Assembly: GCA_050305675.1 (NCBI GenBank)
Contig: JBNLFT010000001.1
Location: forward strand, 1-49,833
Length of the DNA stretch: 49,833 nt
Source of the DNA: Methylococcaceae bacterium
GTDB lineage: Bacteria; Pseudomonadota; Gammaproteobacteria; Methylococcales; Methylomonadaceae
Direction of reading: 5' to 3'
The position numbers were made by a program, and so were the translations under genes. The first letter of the stretch is position 1; each line of letters starts with the position of its first letter. The notes beneath the pieces are model-generated. The model was not told the origin of the DNA. It made no database searches and worked only from the letters and a program-made list of their open reading frames with translations. Positions 1-9,790 of the stretch are shown here, piece by piece.

Positions 1-231
1 TTGCTCGGTCTGCTAACCGGCGGTCTTCCCGCCATCTATCTCGGCAGCTTGCTGGGAAAGAAACTGCCCGATCGAGTCCTGAGGCCGGTAATCTCCGTTC
101 TGTTATTGCTGATGGGCGTCAAACTGCTATCGACCCAAATCAGCGTGACGGCAATCGTCAATACGTCCTGGCTCCAAATATCGCACTGCCTATCCTCACT
201 ATGGTCGAACCTTCCGCAATCGCCGCTTTGA
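1..231 (+). CDS. 3' end of a probable sulfite exporter TauE/SafE family membrane protein (partial, runs off the window)
   Basis: Hydrophobic C-terminus GGLPAIYLGSLLGKKLPDRVLRPVISVLLLLMGVKLL is typical of the last two TauE helices; the tail overlaps the yggS 3' end. Confidence 0.65.
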   Translation: MLGLLTGGLPAIYLGSLLGKKLPDRVLRPVISVLLLLMGVKLLSTQISVTAIVNTSWLQISHCLSSLWSNLPQSPL

Positions 232-838
232 GGTCCTCGCTCATACCGAAGGAGAAAGTGTCGAATCCGGGCCAAGCCAACCGTTCGACAGCCTCGTTCA
301 ATGCCCGGTATGGCCGACATTGCCGCTGATAGTCGGTCTCCGGCTCGGGGATCGCCATGACGCCCCGCAACCGCAGATTCGGCAGGGCGGCGACCTCGCT
401 AACCAGCGCCTCCAATTGCTCCGGCTTGATGCCGGATTTGCTCTCCTCGCCGCTGATATTGACCTGCAGGCAAATATTCAGCGGCGGCAAATACCCAGGC
501 CGCTGATCGCTCAGGCGCTTGGCGATCCGAAAGCGGTCGACGCTGTGCACCCAGTCGAAATGCCCGGCGATTTGCTTGGTCTTATTCGATTGAATCGGTC
601 CGATGAAATGCCAGGTAATGGCGAAACCGGCCAACGCCCGTTGTTTGACCAGCGCTTCTTGAACGTAACTTTCCCCGAAATGCCTTTGCCCGGCCTGATA
701 AGCCTCCGCAAGATCGCTCGCCGGTTTGGTTTTGCTGACCGCCAGTAAACGCACGCTGCCTCTTGCCCGACCGGCCGCCAACTCGGCGTGTAGAATCTGC
801 GAGCGTACCCGGTCCAGATTTTGTTGAATCCTCGTCAT
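158..838 (-). CDS. yggS: YggS/PLPBP pyridoxal phosphate homeostasis protein
   Basis: LLAVSKTKP (PLP lysine), FGESYVQE, WHFIGPIQSNK, SFGMSED..RIGSAIFG; divergent from pilT as in many gammaproteobacteria. Confidence 0.95.
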   Translation of the reverse strand: MTRIQQNLDRVRSQILHAELAAGRARGSVRLLAVSKTKPASDLAEAYQAGQRHFGESYVQEALVKQRALAGFAITWHFIGPIQSNKTKQIAGHFDWVHSVDRFRIAKRLSDQRPGYLPPLNICLQVNISGEESKSGIKPEQLEALVSEVAALPNLRLRGVMAIPEPETDYQRQCRPYRALNEAVERLAWPGFDTFSFGMSEDLKAAIAEGSTIVRIGSAIFGARTY

Positions 839-1062
839 TGATACTTCGATTGTGAACAGGTTCGGCTATTAAACAATAGCGCTTCAAAAATTGAAACATC
901 TGAACTATTTTTATAAATCGATACCGTTCTCGACAGCGGGCGAAAAAAATTCCTTTCGCTTCGTGACTCGATCAATCAATCGACGAAAGGCCGCATTCGG
1001 AGCTTTGCGGCTTCCTAGACAACTAGACAAACGACACTCATCTTCTTAGCGCGGGGACTCGT

Positions 1063-2100
1063 ATGGACATCGCTGAACTATTGGCCTTTTCGGTAAAAAA
1101 CAACGCATCCGACTTACATCTTTCGGCCGGGTTACCGCCGATGATTCGGGTAGACGGCGATATTCGCCGCATCAACATCCCGGCGCTCGAACACAAAGAG
1201 GTTCATGCGTTGATTTACGACATCATGAACGACAAACAGCGCCGCGATTACGAGGAATTTTTGGAAACCGACTTTTCCTTCGCGCTACCGAACGTCGCCC
1301 GTTTCCGGGTCAACGCCTTCAACCAGGACCGCGGCGCGGCGGCGGTGTTTAGGACGATTCCCTCTAAAGTGCTGACTCTGGAGGACCTGAATGCGCCGAA
1401 ATTTTTTGCCGAAGTCTGTAAAAAACCCCGAGGGCTGATTCTGGTCACCGGGCCGACCGGGTCCGGTAAGTCGACTACGCTGGCGGCGATGATCAACCAT
1501 ATCAACACCTCCGAATACGCCCATATCCTGACCGTCGAGGACCCTATCGAATTCGTTCACGAAAGCCAAAAATCGCTGATCAACCAACGCGAAGTGCACC
1601 GCGACACGCTGGGCTTTAACGAAGCGTTGCGCTCTGCCTTACGGGAAGATCCCGATATCATCCTGGTCGGCGAAATGCGGGACTTGGAAACGATCCGTCT
1701 GGCGTTGACCGCCGCGGAAACCGGCCACTTGGTGTTCGGCACGCTGCATACCACGTCGGCCGCCAAAACCATCGACCGCATCATCGACGTCTTTCCGGCC
1801 GCCGAAAAAGACATGATCCGCGCCATGCTGTCGGAATCTTTGCAGGCGGTAATCTCGCAAACCCTGTTGAAGAAAGTCGGCGGAGGCCGGATCGCCGCCC
1901 ACGAGATCATGGTCGGCACCGCCGCAATCCGCAACCTGATCCGGGAAGCCAAGGTCGCGCAAATGTATTCGGCGATTCAAACCGGCCGCAAGGAAGGCAT
2001 GCAAACGCTGGATCAAAACCTTAAAGAACTGGTCGACAAGGGGATGATATTGTCGAAAACCGCGATGGTGAAGGCCGTCAACAAAGACATGTTCCGTTAA
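1063..2100 (+). CDS. pilT: Type IV pilus retraction ATPase PilT
   Basis: Walker A GPTGSGKS, EDPIE, LREDPD, GHLVFGTLHT and the PilT signature AIRNLIRE. Confidence 0.97.
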   Translation: MDIAELLAFSVKNNASDLHLSAGLPPMIRVDGDIRRINIPALEHKEVHALIYDIMNDKQRRDYEEFLETDFSFALPNVARFRVNAFNQDRGAAAVFRTIPSKVLTLEDLNAPKFFAEVCKKPRGLILVTGPTGSGKSTTLAAMINHINTSEYAHILTVEDPIEFVHESQKSLINQREVHRDTLGFNEALRSALREDPDIILVGEMRDLETIRLALTAAETGHLVFGTLHTTSAAKTIDRIIDVFPAAEKDMIRAMLSESLQAVISQTLLKKVGGGRIAAHEIMVGTAAIRNLIREAKVAQMYSAIQTGRKEGMQTLDQNLKELVDKGMILSKTAMVKAVNKDMFR

Positions 2101-2122
2101 CGAAAACGACCCGGAGAATACG

Positions 2123-3262
2123 ATGGATTTTACTGCGCTGCTGACCCTGATGGTCCAGAAGAAGGCTTCCGACCTTTTCATCACTGCGGGCAAACCGCCG
2201 GCGATGAAAATCGACGGCAAGGTGACCGACGTGTCGAAATCGCCTTTGACCGCCGAACAGGCGCGCAAGATTGTGTTGAGCATCATGGAACAGCGCCAGC
2301 GCGACGAATTCGAGAACACCAAGGAATGCCAGTTTGCCTTGAGCGTTCCCAAATTGGGCCGCTTCCGGGTCAGCGCGTTTACCCAACGCGATGCCGCCGG
2401 CATGGTGTTGCGCCGCATCGAGTCAGAAGTGCCCGATGCGGACAGCCTGCATCTACCGCCGGTACTGAAAGACCTGATCATGTACAAACGGGGCTTGGTG
2501 ATCTTCGTCGGCGCCACCGGTACCGGTAAGTCGACTTCGTTGGCGGCGCTGATCAAGCATCGCAACGAAAATTCCAGCGGCCATATCATTACGATCGAGG
2601 ATCCGATCGAATTTACCCACCCTCATCTGGGCTGCATCATCACCCAGCGGGAGGTCGGCCTCGACACCGAGTCTTATGAAGTGGCCTTGAAAAATACTCT
2701 CCGCCAGGCACCCGACGTCATCCTGATCGGCGAGGTGCGTACCCGAGAAACCATGCAACACGCCATCACATTCGCGGAAACCGGTCACTTGTGCCTATGC
2801 ACCCTGCACGCCAACAACGCCAACCAAGCGATCGACCGGATTCTACACTTCTTTCCCGAAGAGATGCACGGCCAGTTGTTCATGGATTTATCGCTGAATC
2901 TGCGCGGCATAGTCGCTCAGCAATTGATCAAACGCGCCGACGGTAAGGGGCGCTATCCGGCCATTGAAATCCTGTTGAATACGCCGCTGGTATCGGACAT
3001 GATCCGCAAAGGCGAAGTGCATAAATTAAAGGAACTGATGAAGAACTCACGCGAACACGGCATGCAAACTTTCGATCAAGCCCTGTACGATCTCTACACC
3101 GCCGGCAAAATCAGTTACGAAGATGCGCTCAATGCGGCCGACTCCAGAAACGAAGTGCGCCTGATGATCAAACTGGGTGCGGAAAACGCCGGAACCCTGG
3201 ACGGCGAAGACGGAATGACATTGGCCGAAAACGAGGAAGAACCCGGAGGCAGCATTTATTAA
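2123..3262 (+). CDS. pilU: Type IV pilus ATPase PilU
   Basis: PilT paralogue directly downstream of pilT; GATGTGKS, LRQAPD, TLHANNANQ; no AIRNLIRE motif. Confidence 0.95.
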   Translation: MDFTALLTLMVQKKASDLFITAGKPPAMKIDGKVTDVSKSPLTAEQARKIVLSIMEQRQRDEFENTKECQFALSVPKLGRFRVSAFTQRDAAGMVLRRIESEVPDADSLHLPPVLKDLIMYKRGLVIFVGATGTGKSTSLAALIKHRNENSSGHIITIEDPIEFTHPHLGCIITQREVGLDTESYEVALKNTLRQAPDVILIGEVRTRETMQHAITFAETGHLCLCTLHANNANQAIDRILHFFPEEMHGQLFMDLSLNLRGIVAQQLIKRADGKGRYPAIEILLNTPLVSDMIRKGEVHKLKELMKNSREHGMQTFDQALYDLYTAGKISYEDALNAADSRNEVRLMIKLGAENAGTLDGEDGMTLAENEEEPGGSIY

Positions 3263-3528
3263 ATACGCATCCGGTTTCGACGCACCGCCGGCCCAATGAC
3301 GATTGGGCTATCTGCGAAATAAGCATGCGTCTTAACAAAAACACCGGTGTTGAAGCCTCGCCATTTTCGGCGAGGATCAGGAACCGTCGGTAATAGATCG
3401 TTTGGGCGACTTTTTGGCTTCCATAATTCGCCATAGCTTAATTGGCTTGTTTCGGCAGTCGGGGACGATCGATTGCGGCGCGCCTTGCGCTCACCCTCAG
3501 GCGGCGTTCGAATCGTCGCCGAAAACGC

Positions 3529-4851
3529 TCAGTCCGACGAAAAGCCTTTTTGCAGAAACCCTCTTTGATAGTATTCGGTACCATCGATGCCGTAGTCGGA
3601 TGGCCGTATCGTCCTTTTGATCGTAAATACCTGGTTGTCCGCGTTCAATCTCATTTCGTTCAAATCGAGCGTTTTTTCCGGTATTTTATGTTTTCCCCTG
3701 TCGGTCAAGAGGATGATTTTCGGCCTTAATTTCGATAGGTTGTTGACCTCCACGACAATGGCAATCTCGCCCGAATTAAGCTCGACCATCGTTCCCGGCG
3801 GATAAACCCCGATACTTTCGATAAATTTCGTGACCAGATTCGGATCCAGGTGCCCCTTGTCCTGGCTCATGATATTGATGGCCTCGAGGTGATTCATACC
3901 TTTCTTGTAAACTCTGTCGCTGGTCATCGCATCGTACATATCCGCTATCGTCACAATCCGGGTGTAATTGCCGATCATGTTCCCCGCGACTCCCCGCGGA
4001 TAACCTCGCCCGTCCAGCCGTTCATGATGGGTATAAGCCGTTTCTATCGCCCCTAAATACATGTTGGGGCTCGATTTCAATAATTCGAAGCCCAGCGAGG
4101 TATGATTTTGCATTACGATCAACTCCTCTTGATCCAATTTGCCCGGCTTGTTCAGTATTTCGTTCGGAACCAACATTTTCCCCATGTCGTGCATCATTCC
4201 GCAAAGTCCCACTTCGTTCAGTTGCTTGACCGACAGATTGATATGCCTCCCGAGTATTATTGACAATGCACACACGTTCAAACTATGTTGCGACGTATAC
4301 TCGTCTTTATTTTTCAACTGGGACAACCACAAGGTCGCATCCGGTGAATGCAGAATGGAATTGACGCATTCGGCAACGACCTCTTTGGCAACCTTCACAT
4401 CGATCACCTGCCCGTTCGCGGTTTTTTCCATGAACTCCTTGACCAAATCACCGGCTTCCTTGTAAAGGTTATCGGCCCGATCAATTTCCTGGTCTATGCT
4501 CGAAATCTTCCTGGGAGGCGGGCGTTGCAACGCTATCTCGCTAAACCCTACGGTTTGAGAATCGGCTTTCGCCGTATCTTTTTTGGCCACCTGCCTGGTA
4601 ACATCGACGTAAACAAAATCGCACACCCTCCGTATTTCCTGCAGCTCCTTATCGCCGGTTATCTCGAAACCTTGAAATTTGAAGGACGTTTCAAGCCAAG
4701 GCCGGTCCAATTCCGTGACATACATGCCGATTGTCAAATCCTTAGCATTAACTGCAACCTTATCAGGCCTGGATATCAAATCTTCATTCGGTCGCAATTT
4801 ATCTTTTCTCTTGTAACCAAACAGTTTTATCAAAAAAGCGATTAGATTCAT
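3529..4851 (-). CDS. HD-GYP domain c-di-GMP phosphodiesterase with an N-terminal DUF3391-like domain
   Basis: GMYVTELDRPWLETSFKFQGF (DUF3391-like), YTSQHS, HDMGK, HHERLDGRGYP, IADMYDAMTSDRVYK. Confidence 0.9.
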   Translation of the reverse strand: MNLIAFLIKLFGYKRKDKLRPNEDLISRPDKVAVNAKDLTIGMYVTELDRPWLETSFKFQGFEITGDKELQEIRRVCDFVYVDVTRQVAKKDTAKADSQTVGFSEIALQRPPPRKISSIDQEIDRADNLYKEAGDLVKEFMEKTANGQVIDVKVAKEVVAECVNSILHSPDATLWLSQLKNKDEYTSQHSLNVCALSIILGRHINLSVKQLNEVGLCGMMHDMGKMLVPNEILNKPGKLDQEELIVMQNHTSLGFELLKSSPNMYLGAIETAYTHHERLDGRGYPRGVAGNMIGNYTRIVTIADMYDAMTSDRVYKKGMNHLEAINIMSQDKGHLDPNLVTKFIESIGVYPPGTMVELNSGEIAIVVEVNNLSKLRPKIILLTDRGKHKIPEKTLDLNEMRLNADNQVFTIKRTIRPSDYGIDGTEYYQRGFLQKGFSSD

Positions 4852-5355
4852 TTTCGTTATATAGTTTTGTTATTATTATTTACGACATATGAAACATTGA
4901 CCTGTAACAAACATCCGCCGCCGGAGAGCTGAAATCCATCTACTTGATTTTATTATCCCCACCAAAATGCATCCTCGCCAATTTTTGCCAACGCCCCTCA
5001 AAAAGTACGCACTCCGGAGTGCGCGATCGCGTCGCAACGACATTCCATTATTCCAGCGATGTATGAAAGGTAGAACAGAACAACAAATCGCTGCCGAAAC
5101 GCGATACCTTAGATTAAATAATATAGTGAATTTTATCTCTTTTAATAGGGTTTATTTCAACCGATCATAAACCACTCGCTCCCGGCAACACGGATTCGCC
5201 TTGGTTGGCCAAGATTCTTCAGAATCGGCGTAGCGCCGCGCCACCCTTCCCCGGCCTGTTAACCCAACACACGTTGCCAGTCTCATCTCATTTCCCCGCG
5301 GAATCGGACCCGCATCCGACTGATAGACCGTGTAACCAACAACAAGGGACCTCGA

Positions 5356-6165
5356 TTAATTCCCGCGAGCCGCCTTTACTGTCTCGTAAGCCTTGCGAAT
5401 CTGTTGCGTCTTCTCCTTCGCCAACACCATCATTTCTTCAGGCAAGCCTTTGGCAACCAGCTTGTCGGGGTGATGCTGCCCCATTAAACGGCGGTATGCC
5501 TTTTTGACCTCGGCGTCGCCAGCCGTCGGCTTGACTCCCAATACCGCGTACGCATCTTCCAACGCATTTCTTGTCCCTCTTGCCGTTTCCCGATAACCGC
5601 TTCCGCGGTGATAAAAACGCTGCTGTGCCTGAAACTGCAGTTTCATCCCTTCGTATTCGAAACGCGAAACGTGCAAATGGGCGCAAATATTGAGCAACAC
5701 CGCTTCTTCCGCTCGTTCCAGGCGGCCGTCGGCATAGGCCGCCTGGATCTGAATTTCCATGAACATACGAATGAGCTGCGTGCGCCGATGACACTCCCTG
5801 CGGAATTGCGCCAACACGTCATACAAAGGAAAATCCGGATGTTTGCCTTGCTGGAACAAATTGATTGCGGTATTGCGCATTTCCCCCGACAACCTCATTT
5901 CGTCCATGATTCGCTTGGCCAAACTGATTTCCGCTTCGGAGACCCGTCCGTCGGCCTTAGCCAGATGGCCCATAACCGAAAAGGCGGCGGTGAAAAAAGC
6001 CATTTGCACCCGGTGCTGTTCGCCGGGGTCGAGACTTTCGTCGACATCCAACCCATCAATTCCGGTATCGAACTGATGGCCCACCGAGGCTCCCAATATC
6101 GCACCCAATGGCCCTCCCAACAAAAAGCCGAAGGCACCGCCGACAACCTTTCCCAACCAACTCAT
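5356..6165 (-). CDS. djlA: Co-chaperone DjlA
   Basis: N-terminal Gly-rich TM segment, TerB-like AKADGRVSEAEI, C-terminal J domain with HPDK. Confidence 0.93.
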   Translation of the reverse strand: MSWLGKVVGGAFGFLLGGPLGAILGASVGHQFDTGIDGLDVDESLDPGEQHRVQMAFFTAAFSVMGHLAKADGRVSEAEISLAKRIMDEMRLSGEMRNTAINLFQQGKHPDFPLYDVLAQFRRECHRRTQLIRMFMEIQIQAAYADGRLERAEEAVLLNICAHLHVSRFEYEGMKLQFQAQQRFYHRGSGYRETARGTRNALEDAYAVLGVKPTAGDAEVKKAYRRLMGQHHPDKLVAKGLPEEMMVLAKEKTQQIRKAYETVKAARGN

Positions 6166-6229
6166 AGTGCTATGATTCCTATCGTTAAATGATAAAATGG
6201 CGACTTGAAAATTTTACCGAACCCCTATT

Positions 6230-7126
6230 ATGAATGTTCCCGCGGCACTTTACGAATCTTCCATTTCCAATTTAAAACTGCTGGCTCGCGGCAAAGTCCG
6301 CGATATTTATGAAATCGATGAGCAACACCTGTTAATCGTCACCACCGATAGAATGTCGGCGTTCGACGTCGTGCTGCCGGACCCGATACCCGGCAAAGGC
6401 AGGGTGCTGACCAGCGTATCTAATTTCTGGTTCAATAAGATGCGGGAAATCATGCCCAATCACCTCGCCACCGATCTGACGCTGGAACAGATCGTCCCCG
6501 ACCCCGTAGAGCGATCGCAGGTGGCGTGCCGGGCCAATATCGTGAAACGCCTGCAGCCGCTGCCGGTGGAAGCGATCGTGCGTGGCTATCTGATCGGATC
6601 CGGTTGGAAGGACTATCTGCAAACCGGTACGGTCGGCGGCATTCGTCTGCCCGATGGCCTGCAGCAAGCTTCCCAACTGCCGGAACCTATCTACACGCCT
6701 TCGACCAAGGCCGAAGTCGGCGACCATGATATCAATATTACGTTCGACGACACCATCCCGCTGCTGGGCCGGGAAATAGCCGGACAAGTGCGCGCCGCGA
6801 GTCTTAAGATTTACACGGAAGCGGCTGCTTATGCCAAAAAGCGGGGTATCATTATCGCCGACACCAAGTTCGAATTCGGCCTCGATAAGGACGGAACCTT
6901 GTATCTAATCGACGAGGTATTGACTCCGGACTCGTCGAGATTCTGGCCCGCCGACCAATACCGGATCGGCATCAGTCCGCCCAGCTTCGACAAACAATAC
7001 CTTAGGGACTATCTCGAATCGTTGGACTGGAACAAGACCGCTCCGGGCCCGTCCCTGCCGCCGGAAGTCGCCGAGCGTTGTGCGGCCAAATACCGTGAGG
7101 CGGAGATCCGGCTGACGCAAGACTGA
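6230..7126 (+). CDS. purC: SAICAR synthase
   Basis: [53 protein letters not shown]. Confidence 0.97.
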   Translation: MNVPAALYESSISNLKLLARGKVRDIYEIDEQHLLIVTTDRMSAFDVVLPDPIPGKGRVLTSVSNFWFNKMREIMPNHLATDLTLEQIVPDPVERSQVACRANIVKRLQPLPVEAIVRGYLIGSGWKDYLQTGTVGGIRLPDGLQQASQLPEPIYTPSTKAEVGDHDINITFDDTIPLLGREIAGQVRAASLKIYTEAAAYAKKRGIIIADTKFEFGLDKDGTLYLIDEVLTPDSSRFWPADQYRIGISPPSFDKQYLRDYLESLDWNKTAPGPSLPPEVAERCAAKYREAEIRLTQD

Positions 7127-7156
7127 ACAACTCAATTCCCGCCCGGTCGAACCGGA

Positions 7157-7831
7157 TTAGAGCAGACCATGCTCGGCGAACGAGTAAGGTACGCCGTCGC
7201 CGACCACGAAATGATCGAGTACCGTTATGTTGAACAGGGCCAGCGCCTGCTTCAGTTTATCGGTAATCTGGCGATCGGCCTGACTGGGTTCGGACACCCC
7301 GGAAGGATGATTGTGGGCGAAAATCACCGCGGCGGCGTCATGCGCCAATGCCTTCTTGGCGACTTCCCGGGGATACACGCTCGCGCCGTCTATCGTCCCG
7401 CGGAACAGCTCTTCGAAGCGCAACACCCGATGCTGACTGTCCAGAAATAAACAGGCGAACACTTCATGACTGTAGCCCCGTAATTGCGCGCTCAAGTACG
7501 CGCGCGTAATATCGGGACTGGTCAGGGCGTCCCCCCGCTGCAGAATCTCCTCGAAATGGCGCCCTGCCATTTCCAGCACTGCCTGTAATTGAACGTATTT
7601 AGCCACGCCCAAACCGTTAGCCCGGCAAAAACGCGGCTGATCGGCTTCCAGTAGGGCTTTCAACGAACCGAAATCGCTCAACAATTCGCGGGCCAGATCG
7701 ACCGCCGATTTGCCCCGCGTCCCGGTGCGTAAAAAAATCGCCAGCAATTCGGCGTCGGTCAGCGAGCCGGCGCCTTTCCGCAATAATTTCTCCCGCGGCC
7801 GTTCTTCCGCCGGCCAGTCCTTAATCCCCAT
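7157..7831 (-). CDS. radC: RadC (JAB-domain) family protein
   Basis: [41 protein letters not shown]; divergent from coaBC as usual. Confidence 0.95.
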   Translation of the reverse strand: MGIKDWPAEERPREKLLRKGAGSLTDAELLAIFLRTGTRGKSAVDLARELLSDFGSLKALLEADQPRFCRANGLGVAKYVQLQAVLEMAGRHFEEILQRGDALTSPDITRAYLSAQLRGYSHEVFACLFLDSQHRVLRFEELFRGTIDGASVYPREVAKKALAHDAAAVIFAHNHPSGVSEPSQADRQITDKLKQALALFNITVLDHFVVGDGVPYSFAEHGLL

Positions 7832-8132
7832 CGTTCATCTCCCGTGGTCAGGTGCAGCACGACAACAGTCTAACTTTTATAATTAGCCGCAACGCACGTT
7901 TTTTTCGCCGCCCTCGAAGGTTCGAAGCCCGATTAGCTCGTGTGACGCTGCTGATGCGAGCAGGAGACCATGTACCGTGCCAACGATGCCGTCCGCGGAA
8001 CAACGAGGTTTTTGTTTTTAATCAAGAAAGCATAGAAGAATCGCTTTCGGTTTGCCATAATAAACAGTTAGTTATCCACTAACAAATTAATCGCCATTCT
8101 TGCCGTTATCTTAATATTAAAGGGAAGCCATC

Positions 8133-9326
8133 ATTAACCGAATCCTACTGGGCGTCTGCGGCGGTATAGCCGCCTATAAATCGGCCGAACTGGTCCGCCT
8201 GTTACGAAAACGCGGTATCGAGGTGCGCGTGGCGATGACCGAATCGGCCGAACGCTTCGTCACGCCGTTGACTTTTCAAGCCTTGAGCGGCAATCAGGTC
8301 CACAGGCGGTTACTGGACGCCGACCAGGAAAACGCAATGGGCCATATCAATCTGACGCGCTGGGCCGATGCCGTTCTCATCGCCCCGGCGACCGCCAACA
8401 TGATCGCCAAATTCAGCCACGGCCTGGCCGACGATTTGCTATCGACCCTTTATCTGGCGGCCGAATGCCCGATCCATATCGCGCCGGCGATGAACCAGGC
8501 GATGTGGCGTAAACCGGTCACCCAAGGCAACATCGCCCTGTTGCGCACCCACGGCGTACACATCATCGGCCCGGAATGCGGAGACCAAGCTTGTGGAGAA
8601 ACCGGTCCCGGACGCATGTCCGACCCGGAAGCCATTTGTGCCACGCTGTTGGGCTCTGGCCGTAGTAAGTCGCTGTTGAACAAAAAGGTATTGATCAGTG
8701 CCGGTCCCACCCGTGAAGCTTTGGACCCGGTCCGCTACATCACCAATCGCAGTTCCGGCAAAATGGGCTATGCTATAGCTGAAGCCGCCCGGCAAGCCGG
8801 TGCACTGGTCACGCTTGTCAGCGGCCCGGTAAACCTGCCCGCGCCCGAAGGCATGGAAGTCGTTTGGGTGGAAAGCGCCCAACAAATGTACGATGCCATC
8901 GTTCCCCGGGCGCCGAACTTCGACATCTATATCGGGGCGGCGGCCGTTGCCGATTACCGCCCTGCAGTGGTCCAAGGAAAGAAAATCAAAAAGCAGGGCG
9001 AAACCGGTGTCATCGCGCTGCAGCGCAACCCCGATATAGTGGCAACGGTCGCCAGGCTCGACAACAAACCGTTCGTGGTCGGCTTTGCCGCCGAAACCGA
9101 CGATTTGGAAAACTATGCGCAAGACAAAATGCGAAGCAAGAACTTGGATATGATCGCCGCCAATTGGGTTGGCCGACACCAGGGTGGTTTCGATAGCGAT
9201 CTCAACGCATTGAAAATATTCTGGCGCGGTGGAGAAAAAGAGCTTGCCATGACCGACAAACAGCGCTTGGCCGAACAACTGATCGAGATAATCGCCGAAC
9301 GAATAAATGAAAAAGATTCAGCTTAA
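8133..9326 (+). CDS. coaBC: Bifunctional phosphopantothenoylcysteine decarboxylase/ligase CoaBC; probable non-canonical ATT (8133) or ATC (8130) start
   Basis: The frame extends 5' of the ORF-track GTG (8223) through [22 protein letters not shown]; also [53 protein letters not shown]. In-frame TAA at 8118. Confidence 0.95.
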   Translation: MNRILLGVCGGIAAYKSAELVRLLRKRGIEVRVAMTESAERFVTPLTFQALSGNQVHRRLLDADQENAMGHINLTRWADAVLIAPATANMIAKFSHGLADDLLSTLYLAAECPIHIAPAMNQAMWRKPVTQGNIALLRTHGVHIIGPECGDQACGETGPGRMSDPEAICATLLGSGRSKSLLNKKVLISAGPTREALDPVRYITNRSSGKMGYAIAEAARQAGALVTLVSGPVNLPAPEGMEVVWVESAQQMYDAIVPRAPNFDIYIGAAAVADYRPAVVQGKKIKKQGETGVIALQRNPDIVATVARLDNKPFVVGFAAETDDLENYAQDKMRSKNLDMIAANWVGRHQGGFDSDLNALKIFWRGGEKELAMTDKQRLAEQLIEIIAERINEKDSA

Positions 9327-9762
9327 AATTTTGGACCGCCGCCTCGGAACCGATATTCCCATGCCCGAATATGCGACCTCCGGTTCCGCGGGAATGGATC
9401 TTAGGGCCTGTCTCGACCAGCCTATGACTCTGGCACCCGGCGAGACACAACTGATTCCGACCGGCTTCGCCATCCACATCGACGAACCGGACCTGGCAGC
9501 CGTCTTGTTGCCCCGCTCCGGTTTAGGCCACAAGCACGGCATTGTTCTGGGCAACCTGGTCGGACTGATCGACTCCGATTACCAGGGGCAGGTCTTCGTT
9601 TCCTGCTGGAATCGCGGCGACAGCCCTTTCACGATTGCCGTCGGCGAACGTATCGCGCAAATGGTTTTTGTGCCCGTGGTACAGGCGCAATTGGAATGCG
9701 TCGAAGAATTCGATCAAACCCATCGCGGCGGCGGCGGTTTCGGTCACACCGGACGCCACTAA
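9307..9762 (+). CDS. dut: dUTP diphosphatase
   Basis: [36 protein letters not shown]; overlaps the coaBC end. Confidence 0.97.
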   Translation: MKKIQLKILDRRLGTDIPMPEYATSGSAGMDLRACLDQPMTLAPGETQLIPTGFAIHIDEPDLAAVLLPRSGLGHKHGIVLGNLVGLIDSDYQGQVFVSCWNRGDSPFTIAVGERIAQMVFVPVVQAQLECVEEFDQTHRGGGGFGHTGRH

Positions 9763-9790
9763 ACTGCATTTTTTCAAGGAGAAATAACCG

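Noticed and set aside
1639-2589. 316-aa antisense ORF across pilT/pilU
   Set aside because: Fully overlaps two well-supported genes; non-protein-like sequence
7157-7831. radC as a marker of a mobile element
   Set aside because: Full-length chromosomal type in the conserved radC/coaBC-dut context
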